Positions 47,547 to 60,582 of a stretch of 64,000 nucleotides of DNA are shown here, piece by piece. The stretch is from contig OZ210884.1 in the NCBI GenBank assembly GCA_964658305.1, forward strand, positions 7,874,001 through 7,938,000, given 5' to 3'. The position numbers were made by a program, and so were the translations under genes. Below the pieces are notes generated by a model. It had not been told where the DNA came from and ran no database searches. It worked only from the letters and a program-made list of their open reading frames with translations. Position 1 is the stretch's first letter. Every line of letters starts with the position of its first letter. Source of the DNA: Leptogorgia sarmentosa. Its lineage: Eukaryota.

Positions 47547-48794
47547 TTATGATGCTAAATTATAAAAAAAATGTATATAACGCGTGTTCTGATTGGTCGA
47601 ATTCTTTATGGTTTCCGTGTTTGGATGGCCACCCTCCGCCATCTTTGTTTACATTTTTGTAAAAATAAAACACCCCAAATGTTATAATTGTTAATGCAGC
47701 TTAGCGATTCAACTTCGCATTCGTGTCTACTGACTTATGCTTTCCGAAAGGGTAAAATTGCAAGAAAAATTGTACAGTGTGACAGGGCCTTTATTTTTAA
47801 AATTCGTTTTTTCTTCGTATAAGACACAGTAGCCCAGGATGTGCGAAGTTGTCTTTTTTGGGCAACATGTGGTATGAAGTTCAATCACAAGAAATATAAA
47901 ATATAAAAAATAAAAAATAACAGCACAATATGTTTTTATCATTCTGATTTATTTCAAGCGTTCAGAAGCAACAAGCACCTGCAAGCAGAGTAAACGTCAG
48001 CAGGGTCGCCCAGGGATTAAAGGGAACACGGGGAAATTGCAATGCATTGTCTTGCATATTCCTAAATATCACTTGGCAGATATATGCATGTTTCAAGTCA
48101 GTATTTCCATGGCCACTTTTGGTGAATTCGCGCGACGAAATTAGACAAAAAATTTTCGAATGTGATTGGTTGGCAAAAGAAAATAAAATTCCCCATGCCA
48201 CTGTCTGGGCGTCCCTGACAAACGTTGGATAAGCTAAGCAAGTAAAGCAACTAGCGGAGAATCTTGAATTGTATTGTGACTTTTACCGATCTCAAAACTA
48301 TCACTGGATAGACCAAATGAGAAAAATATAAAATGAGAAAAATCTGTTTTTATCACGGAAAATTTTCATTACCGAAATAAAATCTAAGCTTCAAATCAGA
48401 GGGATATTCTTGTTCAAAAACTGGGATTACTATACCTACTCAAATATATGACGTCACATAAAACCCAAGAATACACTATAATTTATTGAGTATTACGTCA
48501 CGAGGTTTTTGGTAGCTTGGGAGCTTGGCTTTCAAAACGCAAATTGATTGCCTACCAATTGACGAGAGCAAAGCTCCTAAGCTGAATGACGTACGTATCG
48601 AAGGGGTGTATTGTTATTTTTCTGAAATCGTGAAACGAGTTTAGATATTCAGTGTTGTTTTGAGATCAGCGCTAAACTATATCAGTGATTTCTTGGCTAA
48701 AAGCTCGCGTTTACCAAAGCACCAGAGCGTCTTAAATTGCGTAAGAAAATGAGTTGCAGCTGGAGACTTTAATATCATTGGTCAGTTTTCGATT

Positions 48795-51700
48795 CTATAG
48801 TTCATCAATATTCCTGTTCAACGTTTCACCCCAATGAGTGGCTCTACTGCCGACAAAAACATCGTAGTGGTCCAAAATTTCCTCCTTTGTCAAGATCCCG
48901 TCCTAAATGAAATCAGTAGTTAGCACCGTTTCAAAATTCAAATGTTGCTGTACGTAATATTAATAAACGTTAGACAAACGTTTCGTGTAATATGCACTTT
49001 AGGTGAATTCACATCGTCATTTTTCTGTTTATCGAACATCATCACAGAAAGTACGAGTAGCCCCACAATATAGGCCCATTGCGATTTACTCCCTTTGACG
49101 GATGTGAATGACCGGATTAATAACGAATGTGCTGAGTGCATGTCTCTTCATCAACATTCGTGACTGGTTCACTCATTCACATCCGTCAAAAGGAGAAAAT
49201 CTCGCACTAGACTGGCCTTATACCAGTAACCTACATTTACGAAGCAAAGCACTATATACTCACTTTATCAGAGTCAGCTTTACGAATGAGGTGCTTGGCT
49301 TCATTTTCATGGATATCGTATGATGTTGGAAAATACCACTCCATAATTTCATTCTGAATACGAAAATGGTAAGGGTTAGGGTTAGGGTACATTTATGTTC
49401 ATATAGCTGCCACACATATTATACACACAAAATGCAAAAAGTGAGATCAAAGTGTGAACTTTCACTCAATCTTTCATTGTAAAACTTAAAATGCATCAAC
49501 TTCGTTCCCAGGCTCTCTCCTGAGGTAGGAGCGTCAGAGCAAAGACCCTAGGAACGAGGTTGAAAATGCATCTCCCTCGTGAAAGTTTGTCTCATCCTCA
49601 CTTGACTTAGGGGTAGTGGGTCCGAGACAAAAATTCCGATAATTTCCCGTTGACAACGTGCATTATATCGTTTTACCAGTAATGACTTTCACCAACCTTC
49701 TCCAGTGATCCACTCTTATCCAAATCTCTGATATCAAATTCCAGTTTTGAATTCTCGCGAGGCTTTTTTTCACCTAAAAAAAATTTATTGCGTAATTATG
49801 CATATTGTATATCGACTTGGCTTTCCAAATGCTTGAACTGATGTATCTACTCGCAATGAAAACTAAAGGCCTTGTTCGTGCACATGGTGCGATGTTCCTT
49901 GCGACTTGCAACGCAATTCTCTTCCTGGGAGATGTTAATCGGTGAACAATTATTTAATATGTTCACAAAGAATTACGTTGCAAAAATTGTACCGTGTGAC
50001 ATAACACAGGGCCGCAAAGCGCGCAATTACATATTTATACTAGTTGATAACTATAAATATATTACTCTAGGTAGTATAGTGCCGTAGCGCAAATTCGGCA
50101 AGACTATGGTATAATAAAATAATATTCCAGTAAAAACCTTTTTTGAATTCCTCGAAAGATAAGGCGCCATTTTTGTCAAGATCGTAAGGTATCAATAACT
50201 CATCAACGAAGACAGGATGCATGCGAGGAAAAAGATCCAAGTATTGAAACGCCACATATTCATCCGCGCTCAGTTTACCATCTTTGTTCTCGTCAGCTGC
50301 CTCGAATCTTTTTTCGAATTTTTTTATTCTGGCAATAATTTTTTCATCTATAAAATAATCGAATTGAATGAATTATGCATAATTTCGGAATAGAGTAAAT
50401 GGCTAGTGCTCGTATTAGGGGATAAACTATAGAGCGTTGATGTAGGGCGGGGAGAGGTAATATTCATATACTCGTGTCTGCCCGGCAGATTTAACTAAAA
50501 AACAATTGAATTAAAGCTTGGAGGGGTCAGGGGCAACCATTGCAGGCCGGGGAAGCCGGGGCTGCCGCGAGGGTGTCTGGGGCAAGTGCACAGGAAAGAC
50601 TTTGTAAACTAGGTAGGGTCACCCATCTGCTTTAAAAAGTTAACCCCTCTGGCCAATAATGGTCCTTATGACCCCATGGGTGAAAGCATTCTCAAATCGT
50701 TACCTACTACTGCCCTGTACTGGAAACGAGGTTTCAACTACAAGATTTTACAAACAGAAGATAAATTTACCATGAAATTCACCAGGGAAATTTAGTTTCC
50801 GATAATCCTCCCAACTGATAAGACCATCAGCGTCAATAATAGTACCGAGATCGCTTTCCCACTGTTTCTTTACAATGGCTGTTGGTTCTTTCAGGGAAAT
50901 GTATTTCAACCAAGCTGTTAGTTCACTGGACGATACATTGTTATCGCCATTTTTGTCAACTTTGTCCACCAGTTTACTGTGTAAGGTAAAACGAAAATTC
51001 TCAGTAGGTCCCTTTAAATTTTATTACTGTGAATTCTGTACCTCTTTTCATGCAGGGTGCGATTTGTTTGAAAGTTTGATAATCCTATCCAAATAATAGC
51101 GAATTTTCTAAGCTTTCCAAAACAGAGCTGTCTTCGAGAGGAACATTTGCCAGGGATATATATCGTTAAATTTATGGCATTTTGAACATATTTTAACGGT
51201 CAACAAAATCGAGCAAACGGCCAACTGCTTTCCAGACTCCATCAGTAACTATTGGCTCAATTGGCTCGAAACCTAATCCATTGCGGATTGTGTAAACAAA
51301 TTGGATTCCGGATTTTGTTGAAATTACAATTGATATTAGGAATTTAAGATTCATGCACCAATGAAATTCGATCGATTATGGTTTTAACTAGATTCCGGTT
51401 GATCAAGTAACAAGATTAGTCTAGATTCCGGATTCCATCGATCAATAAACAGGCCATTGAGATCAATAGAACAGATTTTAAAGAGGAGATTTTATTTACA
51501 CAATGAATAATTGTGAAGTATTTAGAAACTACTGTGTAATACGGTGATCTCCACGAAACATTTGTATTCTGTGTCGAAAATCTGACTGGTATAGATTTTG
51601 AAATATATGCGCGAGCTAAATATTGTCAATAATAATATGATCCATCTTTTGAGTTTGGAATGAGCGAGCGTTAGCCCAAGCAGTATTTACATAACGTAAT

Positions 51701-52107
51701 TTCATTGCTAACAATATTGACTGCTGCACAAAATTTTGCGCAAATTGAATTAGATTTACCACAAGTGTATTTGCGGGAATTCGTGCACGCGCTCTATCTT
51801 AATCATGCATACACATGCATACGCAGTGCTAATATTTCAAACAAAAGGTTCCAAGGTGATTTACAGCAAAGAAGTCATGTACAAAGCAATCAACTTACCT
51901 AAGCCTGTGTACTCTTTCTTCGTTTTCCATTTCGCCAAATTCTTGTTGTCCATCATGGCCGAGGAAGGTTTCATGATCGTACTCATCATTATGCTTGCCG
52001 TCTTCGGTGTAATGCCCATCCTCCTTTCGTCCGGGCATCGAATGCCCGGAACCTAAACAAGCGAAGCTCGAAATGAGAAGAAACAGAAAAATTCTTGAGA
52101 CTGCCAT
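48795..52107 (-). CDS. CALU: Calumenin/reticulocalbin (CREC) paralog 1, 6 exons, C-terminal IDEL
   Basis: Exons 52107-51899, 50976-50771, 50347-50138, 49773-49697, 49353-49264, 48902-48795. Signal peptide, [12 protein letters not shown], multiple EF-hands, [11 protein letters not shown]...IDEL. The exon-3 donor (AAG|GTTTTT) is weak. Confidence 0.88.
49497..49562. mobile_element. 66-bp mini-MITE with 9-bp TSD (same family as 17461-17524)
   Basis: CAACTTCGTTCC...GGAACGAGGTTG flanked on both sides by AAAATGCAT. Confidence 0.82.
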
Positions 52108-52228
52108 GATACTTTTGTTATATCTCACTACTGCGTCGTTGCTGCAAGAAGCGCAAGGAATGAATGTATTCGAAAGCGCAAATACAAAGCTTTTCTAAGC
52201 GTATAAAGTTTGTTATTTCGCGTGGCAA

Positions 52229-52247
52229 TGTGGCCGTGCGCGATTGG
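52229..52247 (-). promoter_or_regulatory. ER stress response element (ERSE)
   Basis: Minus strand reads CCAAT-CGCGCACGG-CCACA (CCAAT-N9-CCAC), ~120 bp upstream of the calumenin-1 ATG. Confidence 0.6.
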
Positions 52248-53488
52248 TCAACTGGAATCACATGTCACAAATCGAGCATTCTAATTGGTTGTTAGCCTCA
52301 ACTGACAAACATGAAAGACCGTATTGTTTTATTGTTTGTTGTTATTCAGCAACGCACAGATTTACGCTCTAGCGAGGATGTTTTGCTTTTTCTTTCATTC
52401 TGTGAACATACAATACTTCTGCGCAAAATGACAACTTACATATGGGAATGAAACGCGCAAAAATTACATCAAAATTGTATCAGGACAAATAGATTTCAAT
52501 GCAGAAAAGAATATTGGGGGTTTTCCCTAAACATGCTTGGGGAGGAAACGGAAATGGTTGACCGAGTTGAGCGGCGTTTCTTTCTATATACTTGAATGTC
52601 TTACTAAATTTATGCTTGATTTATACGGCAGAAAAAACTTGATCGCGAACATGGGAAACATTAGCTTATGATATCGCGTTATTATATTTACATAAATTCC
52701 GTCAAAGCTTCGACAATTACATTCCAGATTTAAAAGCGCGTCACTTCAAGCAACGTGGCATCACATGGCATGAGATCTGGCGCCAGCGCAATTTTGGTGT
52801 ACGTGGCAAAACGCGCTGATGTAAAATTTTACACGTGCGCAAAATGACATAACATCAGCTCAAGCGAGATGTTTAGATGCATGAAAGAAATACTAATTTA
52901 TGCGCGAAGGTGGAAGCAAATATTTTGCATTGTAAACGGTACGTTTCAAAGGAATTTTCAAAGAAAATTTGAAGCTTTTCGTTTCGAGCTTTGAAAAGCG
53001 ACAAACGTTCTACTCACAACCTAAACGCTACATTACAATAAGATTTGACGTTTCGAATCTGATTCTAGAGCCTTCAGTTCACAATAAACGTCTAATTTCA
53101 ATACATCGTATAGGTAGATCTAGAACTTTTGGTGCTCGTTGATGTTGTTGCCCGCTACATACACTGCCCACATATTGAAGATTTGAAGTTTGTTTTTGAG
53201 CTTCAATACGCACAGTATTGAACTGCACTGAGTCCAATACGGATGTGAAAAGAATATTAACCAAGAAGTTGATCTAATGACCAGATTTTATGATAAGGGT
53301 TGATGATGAAAAATGAAAATTGAACAGAAAATAACATAGAATAAATTCTCTAGAATAAATTTTCCAGTTGAACCAGTCATGATTACATTGATTAAACAGG
53401 ATATCAGATTAAATCTGTCTTAGGATCAGATCTACCCGTTCGTAGGTGGTCACCAATCTTGCTAAGACAATGGTGTATTATGATATTT

Positions 53489-53512
53489 CCAATTACGAAT
53501 CGCCGACGTGGC
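53489..53512 (+). promoter_or_regulatory. ERSE/UPRE-like element
   Basis: CCAAT-N9-CCGACGTGGC, ~105-130 bp upstream of the calumenin-2 ATG. Confidence 0.45.
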
Positions 53513-53616
53513 ATGTATTGCGTCCTAGGTTTAGCGTGGTCCATTGAAATCTCGAACACAGTCTAAGACACCCATATTCAGGGAACGTCTCTGACTCGCT
53601 GTGAATATTCGCCGAG

Positions 53617-56600
53617 ATGAACGTTAAAATAACGTGTTTCCTTAGCTTATTGCACTGCGCTTTTGTAAACTCGATTCCACGCATACGACCAAATGATCAT
53701 TACATCGCAGGCAAACATAACGTGGAACACGATCATCAAGCATTTCTTGACGAAAGCGAGAGAAACACATTTAAAACGCTTACTCCTGAAGAAAGCAGAC
53801 GTCGCCTTAGGTAAGTGCTTGTCGTTATTGCTTTGCTGTCTACATATGAAAGAATTCGCATGTCAGACTTTGCGCATGTTTGCAGAACGCATTCAAATTT
53901 TGGCAATATGCCCCACAGCGATGTATTTTAGTTCAATGGATTGTACACGGGATCAATTGGTTAAAGGAGGTTTTCTTTCTGCATAAATTCGCCTGTGTCC
54001 TATCTTAGTTCCCAACTTTGTTAAAGTGGAAGGTAAAACTTGGTAAATTTTGTTTTGGTTTGCCTACCGTAATGATTTCCTTTTGTAATATGATCTTTTC
54101 ATTTCTCTCATTACGTCATTGCCTGGACGTTGAAATGGTGTGGGAATATCATCTTGCAAATTGAAATTATCGATTTTTGGCAAAATGATGCATTTTAGTA
54201 GAATCATTATTCCAATGGTAATTCATTAGTATTTGTTCTAGAATCGAAATGAAAATTTGCTGAAACTTTATTCAGCTGTATAGGAGAAAATGTCCATTGT
54301 TGTAAGGATTAGGTCCTAAAGTATCCCTAATCAATACAGACTACTTTTTGTATCTGCGCAGCAGATATGTATATATTTATACATGCAACATCGCGTATTA
54401 GGGACAGATAAGATGCGTGTATCGAAAAGCTGAAAACAAATAAGACTTAATTGATCATCGCTGGTAACCAAGCTACATAGGCGCTTATGTACCTATTTTT
54501 CTTTATTCTTAGACTTTTCTCACTTTTCACATTTCAATCTGACTTCATATGTTATGCAATAAATTGCTTTTAGATTTTGCGTAATGAAAGTGCGCTGTGC
54601 GAAACAGCAGTATATGCAGGATATCGAAACCGGTTATACAAACATGCAGTAAATATCCGAAATCTGTTTCAAAAACGAATGGAACTTTTTAAAGAATTTA
54701 AAATGAAAGAAAAGCAGTTAATGGAAATTTTTGTTTTCAGTGAAATCGTGGATAAAATAGACAAAGATAATGATAATAATATTACGAAGGCAGAGTTACG
54801 AGCCTGGATGGAATACATTCAACTGAAACATTTGGGCGATGAAGTGGAGAAACGTTGGTCTCTTATTGATACAGATGGCGATGGAATGATATCTTGGAAT
54901 GAGTTTAAACAACGACATTATGGTCACAAAATGGGTAAGAAATTATGTATTGACGTCTGCCATAGATTTTAGCTTTTTAAAACAGCTTACAGCTAGTGGA
55001 TGGGTTACATATAACAAATCCTTTCAAGTAATTAAAAAACAATCAAAATTCTTCGACTATCTAGAAAATTATGGCGTCCATTCGAGTAGGCTTTCCCAAC
55101 AACTGCGAATTACTGTAACCCTGACTGACCGCTGCAGCAGTATCTTCAAGCATATGATTGTTAATTACTTAAACAATACTCTAGCAAGATTGCTCCGAGA
55201 TCCAGCGCTCAATACGAACCCGCACTGAAAAATCTGGCAATGACTACTAAGTAGGACTATTAGTTTGAAATCTAAGGCCCGCTTTAAACGTCGAATTTCC
55301 GTCGCATCGAATGCAATTCAAACAATGGATAATGAGATAACTCAGCTCATTAACTATTGTTTGAATTGCATTCGACGCGACGGAAATTCGACGTCTAAAA
55401 CGGGCCTAAGCTTTATTCTTACGGCACGTCAGTGACTAAAGAGTAAAGTTGTTATAAGGGCTCAATAGGGTACGTAAAAACGATCTGGTAGTGTCTTGTT
55501 TTATTTAGACCACGACAACAGGAATGTTGACGAAGACTACAGAAAGAAGCGAGAACTGGACAAGAGGAAATGGCACGCTGCTGACTCTAACCAAGACAAT
55601 ATCTTATCTAGAGCTGAATATTCGGCTTATCTTCATCCCAGTGAATACAGAAGAATGCACGAGATCGCTGCTGAAGAAATATTGAAGGGAGCAGATACAA
55701 ATAAAGATGGCTATCTCTCCCTTGAAGAATATATTGGTAAATAATAACATAATATGGGCATAATCCTTGAATGAGTTTCGTTTGGAAATGCTCTGTTTTT
55801 TGTTTGTCAAAGGTGATTACGGCGAACCAAAACCAGATTGGGTGGATGGTGAGATAGAGATTTTTACCAAGGAAAGGGATAAAGATGGCGATGGAAAACT
55901 GAATAAGGTAACGGTCAAGTGAACGAGAGACAGTGCTGAGAAGACGTTTGGGATGGAATGGTGTTGCAAATTAATGTGGACCTGAAAAACAATTCGAAAA
56001 AACGAAGACGAAAGTTGGTGAAAGTTGATGAGAGCTGCATGGTAGTCACAAATTGTCACATGAGAGAATTTTAAGCCGTTCACACTAAAAAAATGGAAGA
56101 TTGACGAGTGTTTTCACTTCAATAAAATACATGACGGTGTTGGAAAAGTATCGACTACAGCTAAATACGTGCCGGCCAAATTTCTTCAACTCTCACTCTT
56201 GTTTGACCAGGCTTTTAGCGTTGTGAATGAGTTGGACAATTTTGTGAAAGAGTGAATTATCGTTTAGCTAGCCTCGTTTGAATATTTCCCCTCTGTAATG
56301 TCCAGCAATGATTTTGACTAGTGCCAGTACTTTTCTGTGTTTTAAGATCACCTGATGTATTGCAAAAAGCAACCTTATATTAGTATCTATGTATACTTTT
56401 GATTCAATTATTAACGAAGTTGGATGATATTAATTTCGCTTTTTTCTGTCATTTTAGGCGGAAGTGTTAGCATGGCTATTTCCTGCGAATTTTAATCCTC
56501 TTGATTCCGAGGCAATTCATTTGTTACACGCAGCTGATGAAAACAAGGTATGTTTATATGCCGTATGAGAAGAGGGTGGGGGAGGAATGGAGGAGGGGGT

Positions 56601-56825
56601 ACGATACTTTGGGAGTCGTGACAGTGCATATGCAATACATTGAAATTACAGTATGATGATTCCGAATCTTTAATGGGAAGTATGGGCCGTTTTTTAAAAT
56701 ACTTTTCTCAACTTAAGGACAAGACTCTTACGAAGCAAGAAATTTTAGACAAGCAAGAACTGTTCGTTCGAAGTAAAGCCACAAATTTCGGAGAGACATT
56801 GAAACGTTCAATGGATGAGCTTTAA
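53617..56825 (+). CDS. CALU: Calumenin/reticulocalbin (CREC) paralog 2, 6 exons, C-terminal MDEL
   Basis: Exons 53617-53810, 54741-54934, 55509-55736, 55813-55907, 56458-56547, 56718-56825. Signal peptide, HNVEHDHQAFL, LTPEESRRRL, EF-hands, FVRSKATNFGE...MDEL. Intron phases match paralog 1. Confidence 0.92.
55276..55406. mobile_element. Harbinger/Tourist-like palindromic MITE with TAA TSD
   Basis: TAA|GGCCCG...CGGGCC|TAA, near-perfect hairpin. Confidence 0.8.
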
Positions 56826-58163
56826 TTTTCGCACGTTTGTGGTCGATTTAACTCGGATTGTAGCTACAATATAGTCGTTGTTCTTGAATAAACGCAATAA
56901 GATCTCAAGATTAATATAATTATTAGAAATATCGTCAAAATTGCCAAATCGTTCATTATTTCTGTTGCTATCCTGAATATCAGTGCCACAATGCAACGCA
57001 GTACCAGGACCATTTTTATCCTGTAATGATCTTAGCCTTAGACCCCCAGTATTGTTGCTATTACCAAAAATTTTCTGTAATGTAAATGGGCCTTAACTCA
57101 CATGACCGGTGACACTTCTGCAATAAAACAGGCCTTTCGCAAGCCAAAGTATGTATATTTACAATACATGAAAAGCTGCTCATGTTATTGTTATGTTAAT
57201 TTCTTCCAATGATCACTTGACTTAGTAGTGATATCAAATGTATTCTGACAAGGTACAGGAAACCGGTTAGAACAGAAATGTTGGAACTACGTACGATGTC
57301 CAGCATTCCGCTTACAATAAAACAGCCCATGCTTTCCTTGTCTTTGCTTTTTCAAGTCTCTAAACCTTTTATGCAGGGCTTCCCGCGTCTCCGCCCATGC
57401 TATATGAATATAATACAAGGCGGCGTTATTGTATACTCACACTGACTACTTGAATCATGAGTAGTTAAAACTCCCGACCCGTTAATTTAATTTTGCCAAA
57501 GCTGAGCTTCTACGAAGAAATATTGATCGTTTATTTTAAGTACAGGTATAATGGCGAAATCAGCTCCCATTCTCGGGAAGGGAAACGAATTTCAGTTGGC
57601 ACAGAATTTTTTTAATATTGTTTTTTGTATCTTGATATTATATTAAAATTTCAAATCTTAATAAAATATAAATGTGTTTATATCATTGTGGGATGATATA
57701 TGAATCACAATGGGGATTTGTAGCTGTTCCCGGCAGGTTACTTGCGAGAGAAAGTAATTGCAAAATGTACAAAAACACGACACAAAATTCCTACGTTAGT
57801 AGTATATTTTTCTTTAGTGCTTTAAGTAAATTTGGCTCGCCACAAATTTACGGCAAGTGCCTAAGTGAATTTATATAGTTTTGTTATAATGGCAATCTTG
57901 AATACACCTGCAAATTGACAAATATAGACATTTAGCACCTGTCACAGCGGGCAAAACGATCGAAAACATAATTCAAAGGTCAAAATAAGGTACAGTAACA
58001 ATTATAATATTTTAAAACAGTAAAAGAAAGCGATACAAACGGTGATAATTCAGTCGATTATTCATTAAGAGTTGATTCTTGTTATGATGGCATAATTGCA
58101 CAAAAACTAAGTGAATTGGATGTACTAATGAAGTCGGTACAGAACTTATAGAAGACGATCATC

Positions 58164-58718
58164 ATGAATTCAAGTCGGTCAAGGGAGGATGAATTCAGAG
58201 AGAAGTTACAGCCTTGCAATTCATTTCAATTCTATAATAGCGCAAGTAGTTCGCGCCTGAGACATTCTGCACGACAAGACGTCACTCCCTCGCCCGAGGT
58301 TGACACAGACATTACAATACTGAATGAAACGCCAAGGGAGAAAGCAGACAGACTTTTGCAGGAAGCGAACAAACGTGATATTGCTTTAATGGCGGCCAGT
58401 TCACGAGCAACGACTCGCTATGCCGCACTGTACGCTGCGAGTAAGAATCGCGGACTCGAAGCATCCTTGGGAAAAAGCCTGGTAAACTTGGAAGCGATAA
58501 AAATAAAGAAATTGAAAACGATCCAACAATCTCAAGAGACAGTAAAAGATGACTTTAAGAAAACGAAAAAGGTCGCATTGCGACGAGAAAAACAGTTGGG
58601 TAGATATAAATCCGAAAGTAATATCCATGAAAACAGAAGGTCTTACGCAGGGCATTGCCGTAACAGCCGAAATATTAGACTGCCGCCTATTCGCCTCAGA
58701 TCGAGTTATAGTACGTGA
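58164..58718 (+). CDS. Uncharacterised basic, helical/coiled-coil protein, 184 aa, single exon
   Basis: 555-nt ORF in AT-rich DNA with ATG context atcATG. Helical central region, C-terminal IRLPPI. No family recognised. Confidence 0.6.
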   Translation: MNSSRSREDEFREKLQPCNSFQFYNSASSSRLRHSARQDVTPSPEVDTDITILNETPREKADRLLQEANKRDIALMAASSRATTRYAALYAASKNRGLEASLGKSLVNLEAIKIKKLKTIQQSQETVKDDFKKTKKVALRREKQLGRYKSESNIHENRRSYAGHCRNSRNIRLPPIRLRSSYST

Positions 58719-59523
58719 TGATACTCTGTGAGAGTTCTGAATGGGTAAATGAGACTATAGGATTCGCTTATTCAGTTTTGGTTGCGAAGATTTTACTTCA
58801 TGCACAGGGACTGGGATTCATGATGAAAACAATAAAAAATGGGAATAAGAACACCCGTTAGGACACTCAAAATATAAGAAAAAAACATACTCATGCGAAG
58901 AATAACATCTTGTAAACTCATGATGTCATCTACTTTATTTCGCTATATATTCATCTACTTTATATGGCTATATATATTCTGAACCGCAATCTATTTTAAA
59001 GTATCGCAATTATTACAATAAAAAACATCTAGATGAACACATTAATTATCCCAAACCACAATTATTATGGTGTTTCTTTGTGAATGTAAAGTAGCCGCTT
59101 GTAACGAAATAAAACACTGGCATAATTTAAAGTTGACACCGACAGTTGTATGTAGTTTGTAAGTACACAGTAATACCAGCTATATTGGTAAACCCATAAT
59201 TTACGTTTATATTTCGTGTATGCATAATTGCATGTAATAATGAAACTCAAGGTTTTCACTTGAGGATTGATTATACACAAACGTCAAAATGCAGCTGATT
59301 TGCGACTGCGTTTCACATACAGTTTAAATTTCAGGAAATCGTGATCCACATCGGAAAAGCCTAACTACATCAGTGTTTTCTGCAATATAAATCAAGTTTC
59401 TGCAATATAAATGAAGTTAAATGAGATAAATTCTAGTTTGTCTTTTTTTGTCTTCAAGCACGTCCAAACCACAAGGGACGATTGCCGATTCATCATCAGG
59501 CATTGCACTGAATATCTATATTT

Positions 59524-60582
59524 TCATACAAATGTAATGTGGTCTTTCTTTTCATTGTTCACAATGTTTTCCAATTCTTTTTCATTTTCTTCGAGTTGCG
59601 TTGCACCCTCATCACCAACGGACATGGCCTCTTGTGGAAACAAACCATGTTCTGAGTATTCATATTTACTCCACGTATGCTTTCTAATACAGGTATTGTC
59701 AAAAATACTGAATTCAAAATTGTTATTTTCCTCAATTTGGCCGGGAGATTCACAATGACCGCGGGGAATTTTGGTATATGACCGTTCCACTATGACGTCA
59801 TTGCCATCTGGATCAGGAAGAATATAGTGTGCTTCACTCGTTGAGTCACATGACGTGGCCAAATACTTAAACACTGGGGATACACTATGAATTCTGAATT
59901 TAAGTCTAAATGAAATACTTCGTACGGGCAGCACCGCTGTGTTTTTCTTCAGACCAATTTGTACATCGAGACCGTCTTCGGAGTACACCGTAAGAAAGCA
60001 GAAATCAGGTCCACAATCCTTTGCTTTGCGGTCTGTAATATCTTCGTAGAATTTCTTCATGGCATAAAAACTTTTAGTATTGATATGAAAGCGTACGTGT
60101 TCATTGCCATAATGCACGCCACTGATAGATATCAACGGCATATCATTGGAGCAACTGTAGAACTCCTGCCACGCTATTTTCTGCGGCCGTTTTGTCAACG
60201 AACTTTTAATTATGTGATCCAGTTGCCATGGTGATGCTTCGAGATGACGTTTACACTCGAGCGCGCTGTCTTCTTTCAGGAATAAGCAAATTGCAAGGGA
60301 TTGTGGATTTCTTTCTATGACTCCGGTTTCAGAAGTTGTACAGTTATCTATCAGTGAACGATCATATTCTAGAACATCGAAGGGAAGTTTCAGGTCTTCG
60401 AGAAATTCTTTGAATATTAGTGATGGTTTTGAGTTCTCGTTTTTAATACAAGAAACAATTGAACAATAGCAATGTGTCTCTTCCATTAACCTCAAAGGCT
60501 TCAGTTCTTTCATAGTGTAGCTCATCATTCCTACACGTTTCTCTACCACTGAAACGAAATTAAATAGAGTTCTTTTAATCAA
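59524..60582 (-). CDS. FAM124: FAM124 family protein, intronless; ORF-track start is a TTG, the first ATGs are at ~60525-60528
   Basis: SLAICLFL, PWQLDH, PLISISGVHYG, VRFHI, DFCFLTVYS, DVQIGLK, DPDGNDVIV. Confidence 0.85.
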   Translation of the reverse strand: MIKRTLFNFVSVVEKRVGMMSYTMKELKPLRLMEETHCYCSIVSCIKNENSKPSLIFKEFLEDLKLPFDVLEYDRSLIDNCTTSETGVIERNPQSLAICLFLKEDSALECKRHLEASPWQLDHIIKSSLTKRPQKIAWQEFYSCSNDMPLISISGVHYGNEHVRFHINTKSFYAMKKFYEDITDRKAKDCGPDFCFLTVYSEDGLDVQIGLKKNTAVLPVRSISFRLKFRIHSVSPVFKYLATSCDSTSEAHYILPDPDGNDVIVERSYTKIPRGHCESPGQIEENNNFEFSIFDNTCIRKHTWSKYEYSEHGLFPQEAMSVGDEGATQLEENEKELENIVNNEKKDHITFV

